Notes: generated from the sequence alone by a model not told the origin. Positions 28,078-38,271 are shown, counted from the stretch's first letter. The stretch is 40,160 nt of DNA from a bacterium (GCA_040757115.1 JBFLYA010000007.1:1-40160), one strand, 5' to 3'. Numbers and translations: made by a program.

Positions 28078-29139
28078 ATGAATCTGAAAGAATTACTTAT
28101 GTTATGTAAAGAGAGGAATGCATCGGACCTTCATCTATCTTCAGATGCCCCGCCACTAATTCGGGTTGTTGGAAAATTAGAGAAGGTAAGTGATGAAAAG
28201 ATAACTAAAGAAGAGATTCGCCAGACAATTTATTCTCTCCTTTCCGAGAGCCAAAAAGTTAGATTTGACAAAGAGCTGGAACTCGATTTTTCCATTGAAT
28301 ACCCTGAAATAGGTCGATTTCGAGTCAATGCCTATTCTCAAAGAAGAGGCGACTCATTGGCATTTAGACTTATTCCTACTAAGATTAAATCTATTCGGGA
28401 ATTAGGATTACCTTTAGTATTAGAGAATTTTGCTCACGAGTCAAGAGGTCTAGTCCTGGTTACTGGAGTTACTGGTTGTGGCAAAAGCACGACATTAGCC
28501 GCGATGATTGACCTTATCAATCAGAAGAGAACTGAACATATCATTACTATTGAGGACCCGATAGAATATGTCTATGAGAATAAGAATTGTTTAATTGACC
28601 AACGAGAGATAGGCACAAATACCGGCTCTTTTTATGGGGCACTTAAAAATGCTTTAAGAGAGGACCCTGATGTTATCTTAGTTGGTGAGATGCGTGATTT
28701 GGAGACAATAGCTATGACCATAACCGCGGCGGAAACAGGTCATCTGGTCTTTGCGACATTACATACGGTTAACGCACCGCAGACTATAAATCGAATAATA
28801 GATGTTTTCCCTGCGGCACAACAAGACCAAATTAGAACACAATTATCCGAGGTCCTTTTAAGTGTCGTCTCGCAAACACTTATTCCAACCATTGATGAAA
28901 AAGAAAGGGTTTGTGCCGCTGAGGTAATGGTTACTACCTCGGCAATAAAAAATATGATTCGTGAAAGCAAAGTATTTCAAATACCTTCACTTATTCAGAC
29001 AGGAAGAAAAGATGGTATGCAAACGATGGACCAGGCATTAGAGGCATTGGTTAATGAAACCAAAATCACTAAACAAGAAGCCATAAAACGCGCCTTTAAC
29101 AAAAATATTTTTGATAGATATGGGTATGAATCAAGGTAA
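28078..29139 (+). CDS. pilT: Type IV pilus retraction ATPase PilT
   Basis: ASDLHL, GVTGCGKSTT, TIEDPIE, ALREDPDVILVGEMRD, GHLVFATLHT, AIKNMIRE. Confidence 0.94.
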   Translation: MNLKELLMLCKERNASDLHLSSDAPPLIRVVGKLEKVSDEKITKEEIRQTIYSLLSESQKVRFDKELELDFSIEYPEIGRFRVNAYSQRRGDSLAFRLIPTKIKSIRELGLPLVLENFAHESRGLVLVTGVTGCGKSTTLAAMIDLINQKRTEHIITIEDPIEYVYENKNCLIDQREIGTNTGSFYGALKNALREDPDVILVGEMRDLETIAMTITAAETGHLVFATLHTVNAPQTINRIIDVFPAAQQDQIRTQLSEVLLSVVSQTLIPTIDEKERVCAAEVMVTTSAIKNMIRESKVFQIPSLIQTGRKDGMQTMDQALEALVNETKITKQEAIKRAFNKNIFDRYGYESR

Positions 29140-29190
29140 GAAGATACAGGTGGTAATTTACCGCAGAGACGCAGAGGAACAGAGAAGACA

Positions 29191-29383
29191 TATAGAAATA
29201 TTAACCAAAAGTTCACATTAGTATTGTTGAGGGTTGATGGTTGATGGTTGATAGTCTATGAAACTATCAACCATCAACCATCAACTATAAACTATCAACT
29301 ATAAACTATAAACTATCAACTATCAACCATCAACCCTGTTGCTATATCTGTTCTATGAGAAATTTTCGTTAATAACTACTATA
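29191..29383. mobile_element. TA-ended MITE (IS630-like), subfamily 2
   Basis: Reverse-complement relative of 21293-21437; internal ACTATCA/ACCATCA heptamer arrays with different copy number. Confidence 0.78.
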
Positions 29384-29480
29384 GAAATAAAAAGGAAAAA
29401 ATAGTTAGCTGAAAAGGCTAATAAAATCAAGGGTAAGTTTTATCCGAGAGTGTTCGTAAGTAAAAAAGGAGGTGGGAAAT

Positions 29481-29846
29481 ATGAATAAGAAAGTACTTTT
29501 AACTGATGATGATGAAGTTATCCTCAAAATAGGGAAATTTAACCTGGAAAAGGCAGGTTATGAAGTTTTTACTGCCAGTAATGGACAGGATGCAGTAGAA
29601 AGAAGTAGAGACATTAAGCCAGATTTAATTATCCTGGATATAATGATGCCGATAATGGATGGCTACACCGCCTTGTTAAAGTTAAAGGGATACGAAGAGA
29701 CCCGGGATATTCCGATAGTCATCCTTACTGCTCAAGAAGGGGATGTGTATAAAAAGATAAGTGGGGAAATGGGTGCCATAGAACATTTGAATAAACCATT
29801 CAATCCGAATGACTTGGTCGAAAAGGTTAATTCGATATTGAAGTGA
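29481..29846 (+). CDS. Single-domain response regulator
   Basis: LTDDD, ILDIMMPIMDG, ILTA, NKPF. Confidence 0.92.
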   Translation: MNKKVLLTDDDEVILKIGKFNLEKAGYEVFTASNGQDAVERSRDIKPDLIILDIMMPIMDGYTALLKLKGYEETRDIPIVILTAQEGDVYKKISGEMGAIEHLNKPFNPNDLVEKVNSILK

Positions 29847-29851
29847 TATTG

Positions 29852-29892
29852 GGGTCAGACCGTGAATGTGGAATGCAAACCCGGTCTGACCC
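29852..29892. terminator. Hairpin between convergent genes (possible terminator or REP-like repeat)
   Basis: GGGTCAGACCG ... CGGTCTGACCC. Confidence 0.4.
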
Positions 29893-29904
29893 TAATTTCT
29901 GTCC

Positions 29905-30681
29905 CTACCATTCAAAGGTCTGCACCACAATTATCCCTTTTTTCTCTGCTTCAGTTATAAACCCAGTCGTAGCAAAATGGGCAATTAACAACCTTACTAC
30001 ATCTGCCTGGTATTCACCCTTTACCAATTCTACCTTCTCCTCCAAATCCGCAAATATCCCCTCCTTATCCTTCTTGCGTATTTCATCAAGCCTGAGTTGG
30101 ACCTCACCAACCAGCATTATCTCTTTCCCATCCATCCTTCCCCTGCCAAATATATTTATTTCTTTTCCCCTAATCTTTGCACGAACCAATCTCTTCTCTA
30201 TCTCTATCCCATACCTTTCCTTTAACAGGGCTGGAAGCATTCGGTAGGCTTCATTCTCAAATCCGTAGCTAACACTCTTTTGTAATCCCCCAAGCTCTAC
30301 CCTTGTATCCTTTAATCCCTTAGCAAGCCCTCTTATCTCAAATGCCATCTTCTCTATCTCAATCTCTGTTCTCTTTTGTGCCTCAGCCAATTCTTTCTGT
30401 GCTACGGTTAATTCCTCTACCTTTATCTCTGTCCTTTTCTGTGCCTCAGCCAATTCCTTCTGTGCTAATGATAACTCCTTCTGTGCCGATGATAACTCCT
30501 TCTGTGCCTCAGCTAACTCCTTTACCTCAATCCCAATATCTCTCACTATTGTCTTAAGTTCAGAAAAGTCCTCTCGGGTAACATAATTTTCCCTTATCCG
30601 CTCATCAACTATCCTTACTATCTCTCTCTTTATTGGCTCTGTTATCCTAAAATCCGCCCGGCTCATTGTTTGTGTGTGCAT
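29905..30681 (-). CDS. Coiled-coil protein with ELAEAQK heptad repeats and nuclease-like C-terminal domain
   Basis: Repeated ELAEAQK(RTE); SYGFENEAY, EINIFGRG, LVGEVQ. Confidence 0.7.
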   Translation of the reverse strand: MHTQTMSRADFRITEPIKREIVRIVDERIRENYVTREDFSELKTIVRDIGIEVKELAEAQKELSSAQKELSLAQKELAEAQKRTEIKVEELTVAQKELAEAQKRTEIEIEKMAFEIRGLAKGLKDTRVELGGLQKSVSYGFENEAYRMLPALLKERYGIEIEKRLVRAKIRGKEINIFGRGRMDGKEIMLVGEVQLRLDEIRKKDKEGIFADLEEKVELVKGEYQADVVRLLIAHFATTGFITEAEKKGIIVVQTFEW

Positions 30682-30763
30682 AAATTACTCCTCCTGATTG
30701 TCTACGATATAAAAATTATAACATTACCTAAGATCTTTTGTCAACAGAAAATTATTTTGAAAC

Positions 30764-30957
30764 GTAATGAGTCAGTGAAATGGGGGATTTTCCTGAAAGT
30801 AGGAAAGTAGGAAAGGGGGAGACATCGCCCCCAGAAGAGGAATACCGTGCACATCCTTTATCCCTTTCCTACTTACCTACTACCTACTTGCCTACTATTT
30901 TCATTGCTCTGTCCTCCGCAGGTTAATGTTCATTCCCTCAAATAACTGACGTATTAT
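30764..30957. mobile_element. GTAA-ended MITE, 8-bp target duplication
   Basis: GTAATGAGTCAGT ... ACTGACGTATTAT flanked by TTTGAAAC on both sides. Confidence 0.7.
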
Positions 30958-31026
30958 TTTGAAACTTACCTACATCTTTTAATCTTAAATTTTGTTATAT
31001 CTATTAGGGAAAACCTAATAAATATT

Positions 31027-31572
31027 GTAAGCGTTCAGCCACAGAGGCACAAAGTTCACAGAGAATTAGGGAAATTAACCACATAAGGACACGATTAACC
31101 CCTAATATCCCATAATTTAAGTAATAGGTGGATTAAAAAGTTAAGATTTTTCTTCACAAAAAAAGATAATCCATCACATAAGGAAAAAATTTCGACCTGT
31201 GCGGTTAAATGTAAAATGGATAATGTAAAATGAGAAATGTAAAATGAAAATGTATAACTGAAAGGTAATGAGTTTTGCGAAGTTCTAAAATTTCCCATTT
31301 TTCATTTCCTATTTTACATTTTACATTTATTTTTCGTAAGCGTTCAGGTGGTGTAACAAAAGGAGATGTGGAGATTAAGGAGATAGGGAGATATTATTAA
31401 AAAAATTGAAATTAATAGAAACTAATAGAAATTTATGGAAATTTGTTGTTTTCCACAATCAATTTCTACCTATTTCTATAAATTTCAATCTATTTCTATT
31501 ATCTTATCTCCATATCACTCTTATCTCCTTATCCCCTTTCTTACACTTTTGATATATAGCCTGAACGGTTAC
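31027..31572. mobile_element. Composite GTAA-ended MITE, 8-bp target duplication
   Basis: GTAAGCGTTCAG at 31027 and 31336; right end CTGAACGGTTAC; flanked by TAAATATT on both sides. Confidence 0.8.
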
Positions 31573-31621
31573 TAAATATTTACCTTTTAAGACTTATGGG
31601 TAAGTTTTCAGGAATATTAAC

Positions 31622-31651
31622 TTGACAATTAACTCCCTTTTTTGATATAAT
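31622..31651 (+). promoter_or_regulatory. Sigma70-type promoter
   Basis: TTGACA-18bp-TATAAT. Confidence 0.65.
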
Positions 31652-31765
31652 TATTTTCAGGAAGAAGGTGAATAATATGATTTATCATACCATTGATTCT
31701 AAGTTCAAATTACAGATAGTTAAAGATTTCAAAATATAATACACATTTTTAAGAGGTAATTAAAA

Positions 31766-33109
31766 ATGCCACAAAAGATATTAATTGTTGATGATGACCA
31801 AACAATTCGGAAAATAGGTGAGTATAATCTAAAAAAAGCAGGTTATGAAGTAATCACTGCCAACAATGGCGAGGAAGGAATAAGAAAGATTGAGACCGAA
31901 AAACCTGACCTGGTAATCCTGGATCTGATGATGCCTGTTATGGATGGATATGAGGTTTGTCAAAAGATTAAGGAAGATTGGTTAAGAAGTCATATCCCGA
32001 TAATCATCTTATCGATTAAGAAGGATGTGGATGATAAAGTAAAAGGGTTAAGGGTTGGTGCAGATGACTACCTGGCAAAGCCTTTTGACCCGCAGGAGTT
32101 ATTGGTAAGGGTAGAGGCAAATCTGCGCCGCATTAAACGGGATATGCAGGCTAACCCATTAACAGGCTTACCAGGGAATGTCCCGATTAATAACAAGATT
32201 ACAGAGGTAATAAAACAAGGAAGAAGTTTTTGTATCCTTTATATTGACCTGGATTACTTTAAGGCATTTAATGATACCTATGGCTATGAGCGGGGAGATG
32301 AGGTTATCCAATTTACCTCCCAGACGATTATTCAAACCATAAGAGAGTTGGGAAATTCAACAGATTTTGTAGGTCATATAGGTGGTGATGATTTTGTTGT
32401 CCTGACTACACCGACTAAGGTTGATTCTATCTGTAATGAAATTATTAAAGCATTTGACATTGGTATTCTCAATTTCTATGATGAAGAAGATAGGGAAAGA
32501 GGTTTTCTTCTCTGTCCAGACCGTAAAGGACAACCAAATAAATTTCCATTAATCTCTATCTCGATTGCCTGTGTAACTAATGAGCAGAACAAATTTACGC
32601 ATCTGGGTGAGATAAGTGCCGCGGCGGCTGAAATGAAAAAATACGCTAAATCTATCGCCGGTAGTAGCTATGTCAAAGATAGAAGAAAAATGTTAAATTT
32701 CAAGACTACGGCTAAATTGGAAAATTTACCTTTGATGAGTAACTTTATTAATCAAGCAACACAAAAATTTGGGCTGGATAAGGATACAGGATTTGATATT
32801 CAAGTTGCTGTTGAAGAGGCGTGTGAAAATATAGTTGAACATAGCTACCCAAAAGGTAGTGAAGGCTCTATTGAGATTAATTGTGAATACAAAGATAATA
32901 ATTTTATCGTTAAAATCAAGGATTATGGTCAATCATTTGACCCCAATACCATTCCTGAACCGAATTTAGAGGCTAAATTAGAAGACCGAACTACAGGTGG
33001 ATTAGGTATCTACTTTATGAAAAGATTGATGGATGAAATCAATTACTATTTTGACCCGAAAGAAGGCAATGAACTGATAATGGTCAAAAGATTAAATGCA
33101 AAAAGGTAA
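31766..33109 (+). CDS. REC-GGDEF(GGDDF)-RsbW-like anti-sigma kinase fusion
   Basis: Receiver domain, ANPLTGLPGN, DLDYFKAFNDTYG, HIGGDDF, then AVEEACENIVEHSY, DYGQSFDP, GGLGIYFMKRLMDE. Confidence 0.88.
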   Translation: MPQKILIVDDDQTIRKIGEYNLKKAGYEVITANNGEEGIRKIETEKPDLVILDLMMPVMDGYEVCQKIKEDWLRSHIPIIILSIKKDVDDKVKGLRVGADDYLAKPFDPQELLVRVEANLRRIKRDMQANPLTGLPGNVPINNKITEVIKQGRSFCILYIDLDYFKAFNDTYGYERGDEVIQFTSQTIIQTIRELGNSTDFVGHIGGDDFVVLTTPTKVDSICNEIIKAFDIGILNFYDEEDRERGFLLCPDRKGQPNKFPLISISIACVTNEQNKFTHLGEISAAAAEMKKYAKSIAGSSYVKDRRKMLNFKTTAKLENLPLMSNFINQATQKFGLDKDTGFDIQVAVEEACENIVEHSYPKGSEGSIEINCEYKDNNFIVKIKDYGQSFDPNTIPEPNLEAKLEDRTTGGLGIYFMKRLMDEINYYFDPKEGNELIMVKRLNAKR

Positions 33110-33168
33110 TCGATTATGGGTAATACTGAGTACCGGTTACCAATTATAAACTACAAGGAGGAAAAGAT

Positions 33169-33501
33169 ATGAAGGTAGAAATTAAAGGAATTCAGGAAAT
33201 TACCGTAATGAATCTTACTGGTCGAATAGATGCCGCTACGGCTCCCCAATTAGAAGAAGAATGGCATAACCTTATGACACAGGAAAAGAACAAGGTGGTC
33301 ATTAACTTTAAAAGGGTTGATTATATCTCCAGCGGCGGATTACGGGTGCTATTACTTGTGGCTAAAGAGATGAAGGCTCGAGATGGAATTTTAAGGTTTT
33401 GTCATTTAGACCCCAATGTCTATAAAATCTTCAAATTGGCGGGCTTTACCTCTATCTTTAATATCTACGAGACAGAAGAAGAGGCAGTCCGGGATATTTA
33501 G
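33169..33501 (+). CDS. STAS anti-sigma factor antagonist (RsbV/SpoIIAA-like)
   Basis: GRIDAATAP, VDYISSGGLRVLL, IYETEEEA. Confidence 0.92.
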   Translation: MKVEIKGIQEITVMNLTGRIDAATAPQLEEEWHNLMTQEKNKVVINFKRVDYISSGGLRVLLLVAKEMKARDGILRFCHLDPNVYKIFKLAGFTSIFNIYETEEEAVRDI

Positions 33502-33524
33502 TGTTCTGACAAGGAAATTGAGAG

Positions 33525-34755
33525 ATGATAGAAATTAAGGACATTATTCAAGCCGTTGAATCTATCATTGAAGGAAAGACTAATTCAATTAATCTTTCGG
33601 CTCAAGGTGAGGCAGGAGAACTAATCTGTGCTCTAAATAAAATGCTTTCTTCATTGCAAACAAAAAATATCGAAGTTGAGGAAAGATTAAATGAAAAACT
33701 CCTTTCCTTGTATGAGTTAAATTACGCCACTAAGATGATAAGTTTCACTATGGAGATGAAGGAATTATTGGACATCTCCATTGATATGATTAGTGATTTA
33801 GCTCGGGTAGAGAAGGCTTCGATTATGCTGATTAATCCCAGAAACCGAGAATTGGTAGTAGAGATTGTCAAAGAAAGTGGAAAGATTATCTATCCAGAAA
33901 CAGTTTTAAGACCACCACACCAAATTCTTTCTGAAGTTATTAATGAAGGCAAGGTTTATCTTTCCTATGAGCAGTTTGAAGATTTAGGGGATGGATTAAT
34001 TAATGAGATAACTTCTTTTCTTTCTTTTCCCATAATGGGCAAGGAACAAGTTTTAGGGGTAGTTAATCTTTACAATTGTCTAAACAAGAAGGAATTCAGC
34101 CAGGATGAGATGAATCTAATCTCTACTTTAATCTCCCAGGTGGGTATTTCTATTGAAAATGCCCGGTTATTTATCAGGATAAAAGAACTCTTCTGGGACA
34201 CCGTGAGGGCTTTAGCCTCAACCATAGATGCCAAAGACCCATATACTTATGGTCATTCGGAAAGGGTAGCAGAATATTCAGTAGAGATTGCTAAAAGATT
34301 AGGATGGAGTGTGCAAGAACAAGAGGAGGTGCAATTAGCCGGGCTTTTACATGATATTGGAAAAATTGGCATACCAGATGATATTCTTCACAAACCCGGT
34401 GGTCTGGATGACAAAGAATTCGAAAAGATAAAACTCCATCCCCTCAAAGGTAGCAAAATTATGGAGCATATCAGTCAACTGGAAAAAGTCCTTCCCGGGA
34501 TGAAACATCATCACGAACGATTCTGTGGAGGTGGGTATCCAGATAATTTAAAGGGTGATGAAGTTCCTTTAATCGGCAGGATAATCTGTGTGGCAGATGC
34601 CTATGATGCTATGACCTCAAATCGTGCCTATCGAAATAAAATGACTACTCAGGAGGCTTTATCGAGAATAAAAAATGCCTCAGGCACACAATTTGACCCG
34701 CAAGTTGTGGAGGCATTTTTGAAAGTAGTTGGGGGGGGAGGGGGTTGTTATATGA
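33525..34755 (+). CDS. GAF + HD-GYP c-di-GMP phosphodiesterase (reads through into next gene in this sequence)
   Basis: DAKDPYTYGHSERV, LLHDIGK, HHERFCGGGYP, VADAYDAMT, GTQFDP; G8 tract at 34731-34738. Confidence 0.85.
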
Positions 34756-35882
34756 AATTGACACGGCGTGAATTTTTTAAGAAAATCTCAATATTAAGTT
34801 TAGCCTTAGCCAGTTGTCCTCTTTTGCCTAAAATTGGGTCTGGTGCAGAAATTTCAGGTAGAAAAGGCTACATTTCACCCCGGGAAGCACGAAATTATTT
34901 AGTATTAGAAGATGGTGTGGTGCAGTGTCAAAATTGTCCACGAAGGTGCACGCTTGGTCCGGGACAAAGGAGTTTTTGCAGGGTAAGAGAGAATCAAAAT
35001 GGGAAATTAATGACGCTTGTCTATGGAAATCCGTGTGCGGTTCATATTGACCCAATCGAGAAAAAACCTTTCTTCCATTTTTTGCCAGGAACATCAGTTT
35101 TTTCATTAGCCACGGCAGGTTGCAATTTACGATGTCAATTCTGTCAAAATTGGCAAATCTCACAAGCAACGCCTGAGGAAACAATAAATTTCCCTCTTAG
35201 CCCGGAATTAATCGTTCAAGCAACATTATCGGAAAAATGTCCTTCGCTGGCATTTACTTATACCGAACCAAGTGTCTTTTTCGAGTATATGCTGGATACC
35301 TGTAAATTAGCCAGAAAACAAAAAATAATGACTACTTATCATTCAAATGGATTTATTAATCCCACTCCATTGAAAGAGTTATGTAAATATTTGAATGCGG
35401 CGTGTATTGACTTGAAAGGATTTACAAATGAATATTATCAACAGATGTCTTCAGCCTGGATTGCCCCGGTCAAAAATACTCTCGAAACCCTTAAAAAAAA
35501 TAATATTCATCTTGAGATTGTAACTTTAGTTGTGCCAAATAAAAATGATGATTTAGAGATAAATGAAAAGATGTGTAAATGGATTAAAGAAGAATTAGGA
35601 GATGATGTCCCGTTACATTTTTCCCGTTTTTATCCACATTATAAATTAGAACATCTACCGCCAACACCTGTCCACAAATTAGAAACACTTCGCCAGGTAG
35701 CTTTTTCTGCCGGATTAAAATATGTCTATATTGGCAATGTCCCCGGTCATCCCGGAGAAAATACCCATTGTCCCAAATGTTCTAAAATAATAATAAAAAG
35801 GTTTGGGTTTAAAATCATTGAGAATAATCTTGCGGAGGGCAAATGTAAATTCTGTAAGCAACCAATCTCTGGAAAATGGTAA
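34752..35882 (+). CDS. AmmeMemoRadiSam-system radical SAM enzyme with Tat-like leader
   Basis: Own start MKLTRREFFK after GGAGG; DPIEKKPFFHF, GCNLRCQFCQNWQISQ, LHFSRFYP, YVYIGN. Confidence 0.88.
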   Translation: MKLTRREFFKKISILSLALASCPLLPKIGSGAEISGRKGYISPREARNYLVLEDGVVQCQNCPRRCTLGPGQRSFCRVRENQNGKLMTLVYGNPCAVHIDPIEKKPFFHFLPGTSVFSLATAGCNLRCQFCQNWQISQATPEETINFPLSPELIVQATLSEKCPSLAFTYTEPSVFFEYMLDTCKLARKQKIMTTYHSNGFINPTPLKELCKYLNAACIDLKGFTNEYYQQMSSAWIAPVKNTLETLKKNNIHLEIVTLVVPNKNDDLEINEKMCKWIKEELGDDVPLHFSRFYPHYKLEHLPPTPVHKLETLRQVAFSAGLKYVYIGNVPGHPGENTHCPKCSKIIIKRFGFKIIENNLAEGKCKFCKQPISGKW

Positions 35883-36218
35883 CCGTTCAGGATATAGCCA
35901 CAGAGTCACAGAGAACACAGAGGGAATATAGCAGTTATTAGTCAAAATTTTACTCAGAGTGGATAAGGGAAAAATCCCAAATCCCAAGCACCAAATCTCA
36001 AATAAGCACCAAATTTCAAGTAATAAATACCAAACTATGGGGGGTAATGTTTTGAATTTTGGTCATTCGAATTTGTTTGGAATTTGGAATTTGTGATTTG
36101 GAATTTCATAACCATATCTATGTCAAATTTCGATTAATAAATGCTATAATTCGTGTCCATTTGTGGCTAATTTCTCTAATTCTCTGTGAACTCTGTGCCT
36201 CTGTGGCTGAACGGTTAC
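35879..36218. mobile_element. GTAA-ended MITE with nested TA-ended element (35927-36148)
   Basis: GTAACCGTTCAG ... CTGAACGGTTAC; outer part matches 3789-3953, inner part matches 17663-17911. Confidence 0.82.
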
Positions 36219-36286
36219 TAAAAATGAGGTGATTAAAGATTAATATAATCCAAAAACTAACTCTAAAACTAACAAAAAAAGACCGG

Positions 36287-36805
36287 ATGGACCTGACAGA
36301 AATCTTCAGGATAAAAGCAGTGCTTCCTTTTGTAAAAGGAAGATTACTTGACATTGGTTGTGGTTATAATAATCTTGTTAAAAAATATAAGGGAGAAGGA
36401 GTAGGGGTTGATGTTTTTAATTGGGGAGAAAGACCGGATTATGTTGTTGAACGAACTGATTGCTTACCATTCGAAGATGAAACATTCGATACCATAACTT
36501 TTCTTGCATGTTTAAATCATATTCCGTATCGTGTATCAGTTTTGAAGGAAGCACGGCGGATATTGAAAAAGGATGGGAGAATAATTATCACAATGATAGC
36601 CCCTTTAATTGGAAAGATAGCACATTTGATAGAAATCAAGGATGAATTAATGAGGGGTGAAATACATCAAAATGAGACACCTGGCTTAAGTCTTCAGGAC
36701 CTTAAAGCAATCTTCAAAGAAGCAAATTTGATTATTGAAAAAACTAAATCATTTGAATTCGGTTTAAATAAAATTTATCTCTTAAAAAAACAGTTTAACT
36801 TTTAA
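36287..36805 (+). CDS. Class I SAM-dependent methyltransferase
   Basis: LLDIGCG, LPFEDETFD, EARRILKKDGR. Confidence 0.9.
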   Translation: MDLTEIFRIKAVLPFVKGRLLDIGCGYNNLVKKYKGEGVGVDVFNWGERPDYVVERTDCLPFEDETFDTITFLACLNHIPYRVSVLKEARRILKKDGRIIITMIAPLIGKIAHLIEIKDELMRGEIHQNETPGLSLQDLKAIFKEANLIIEKTKSFEFGLNKIYLLKKQFNF

Positions 36806-36831
36806 CTTCCGCGGTAATGGGATAACACCCG

Positions 36832-37533
36832 TTATTCCTTTTTTTCCAGATATGCCTTTAGCGGTCCTGCATCGGTTTTTACTTCAATCTTAACCGGTAG
36901 ATGTGTTTTATTTGTTGTGAACCAGACGATAATATCTGGTCCAGCTATTACCTTTAAAGTTTTAAACCTTCCCGCCGGGGTAGAGAGCATTTCTTCTTTT
37001 ACTATATTTACTTTAATCTTTTCTACTTCATCTGAAGTTAATAAACTTAAAAGATATGAATTACCTATTTTCAAATCTTGATTCCGTAGATAATAAATTA
37101 AAGAAAGAAAATCTCTGGTATTTGGAACTATATCAATAGTTCGAGTTATATCCGTATGTTGACTGAAAACAACTGCCTTTTGATTTATGTGGTCAAATGT
37201 GGAGATATAATGTTTATGATATTTTTTGCGGTTAATATCCTTTATTGTCAGCACTGGAAGTAAAGTTGAGGTTTGCACCCAGCTATCTATTTGTTCAGAT
37301 AGGTAGTAATAATGTGAAAAAAAAGGATTAGATTTAATTGTAGAGCGAAGATGATAAGTTTGCTGAGTATTTATCTCCTCGATTCCTATAACCTCATCTA
37401 TTTGACTGCCTATTTTAAATCCAAATAGCCGAACCTCATAGGTAAGTTTGTCGCTTGTTCCAAATGGCAATTCCTCAGCACATATCGTTGTTCTGATAAA
37501 AATAAATATGATTATAAAAAATATCCTTCGCAT
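36832..37533 (-). CDS. DUF3108-like exported protein
   Basis: Signal peptide, KLTYEV..FGFKIG, DFLSLIYYLR, TPAGRFKT, HLPVKI. Confidence 0.75.
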   Translation of the reverse strand: MRRIFFIIIFIFIRTTICAEELPFGTSDKLTYEVRLFGFKIGSQIDEVIGIEEINTQQTYHLRSTIKSNPFFSHYYYLSEQIDSWVQTSTLLPVLTIKDINRKKYHKHYISTFDHINQKAVVFSQHTDITRTIDIVPNTRDFLSLIYYLRNQDLKIGNSYLLSLLTSDEVEKIKVNIVKEEMLSTPAGRFKTLKVIAGPDIIVWFTTNKTHLPVKIEVKTDAGPLKAYLEKKE

Positions 37534-37536
37534 TTT

Positions 37537-38271
37537 TTAATATCCCTCTGATAATCTGTCAATCAGGAGTGTGGGTAAAACTTCTTTTCTCATTAGTTCT
37601 TGTGTTTTTCGGATATCATAAGGAATTTTATGTATCGTGATTTCTTTAGTCTTTGTATCAAATATGCCAAAACTTGCTCTCGGGTCACCGTCTCTTGGTT
37701 GTCCTACTGCTCCAACATTAACGATTAATTTCTCATCAGACAAAATTCTAATTGTATCTGTATCACCAAGTCTAATAGAATAAATTGGGTAATATTCTTT
37801 ATAAACAAATAGGTATGGATGATGGGTATGTCCTACTAATAAAAGATTACTCTTTTTTAATAACCTGAAGTTTTTAGCGGCTTCTTTAATCCCACTAATA
37901 TACTCATCTGTATAATCATTTAAACTGCCATGAACCATAATAAAATCTTTTTCTTCGATGATTTCTGGTAATGAGGCTAAATATTCTTTATTCTCTTTAG
38001 TTAAAGTATCCATAGTCCAGATAATCGCTCTTTGGGCATATTCATTAAACCAGGAGGTATCCTTCCAACCAATGCAGGCTAAATCATGATTACCAACAAC
38101 CACCTTCAATCCTGAAAGATTTCTTATTTCCTGAATGCACTCATTTGGAAGAGGTCCGTAACCAACAATATCTCCCAGACAGATTATTTGGTCAACATCT
38201 TTCAATTCATTAAGGACTACCTTTAAAGCCTCTAAATTACTATGAATATCCGAAATAATTCCATATTTCAT
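37537..38271 (-). CDS. Metallophosphoesterase (calcineurin-like)
   Basis: ISDIHSN, LGDIVGYGP, GNHD, HGS, GHTH, NVGAVGQPRDGDPRAS. Confidence 0.93.
   Translation of the reverse strand: MKYGIISDIHSNLEALKVVLNELKDVDQIICLGDIVGYGPLPNECIQEIRNLSGLKVVVGNHDLACIGWKDTSWFNEYAQRAIIWTMDTLTKENKEYLASLPEIIEEKDFIMVHGSLNDYTDEYISGIKEAAKNFRLLKKSNLLLVGHTHHPYLFVYKEYYPIYSIRLGDTDTIRILSDEKLIVNVGAVGQPRDGDPRASFGIFDTKTKEITIHKIPYDIRKTQELMRKEVLPTLLIDRLSEGY

Noticed and set aside
30340-30530. Periodic DNA repeats resembling an array
   Set aside because: They encode the ELAEAQK heptads of the coiled-coil protein on the minus strand.
33525-35882. 785-aa HD-GYP/radical SAM fusion as a novel enzyme
   Set aside because: An internal RBS, a Tat-like leader and a G8 tract that restores an ATGA overlap with one base fewer point to two genes.
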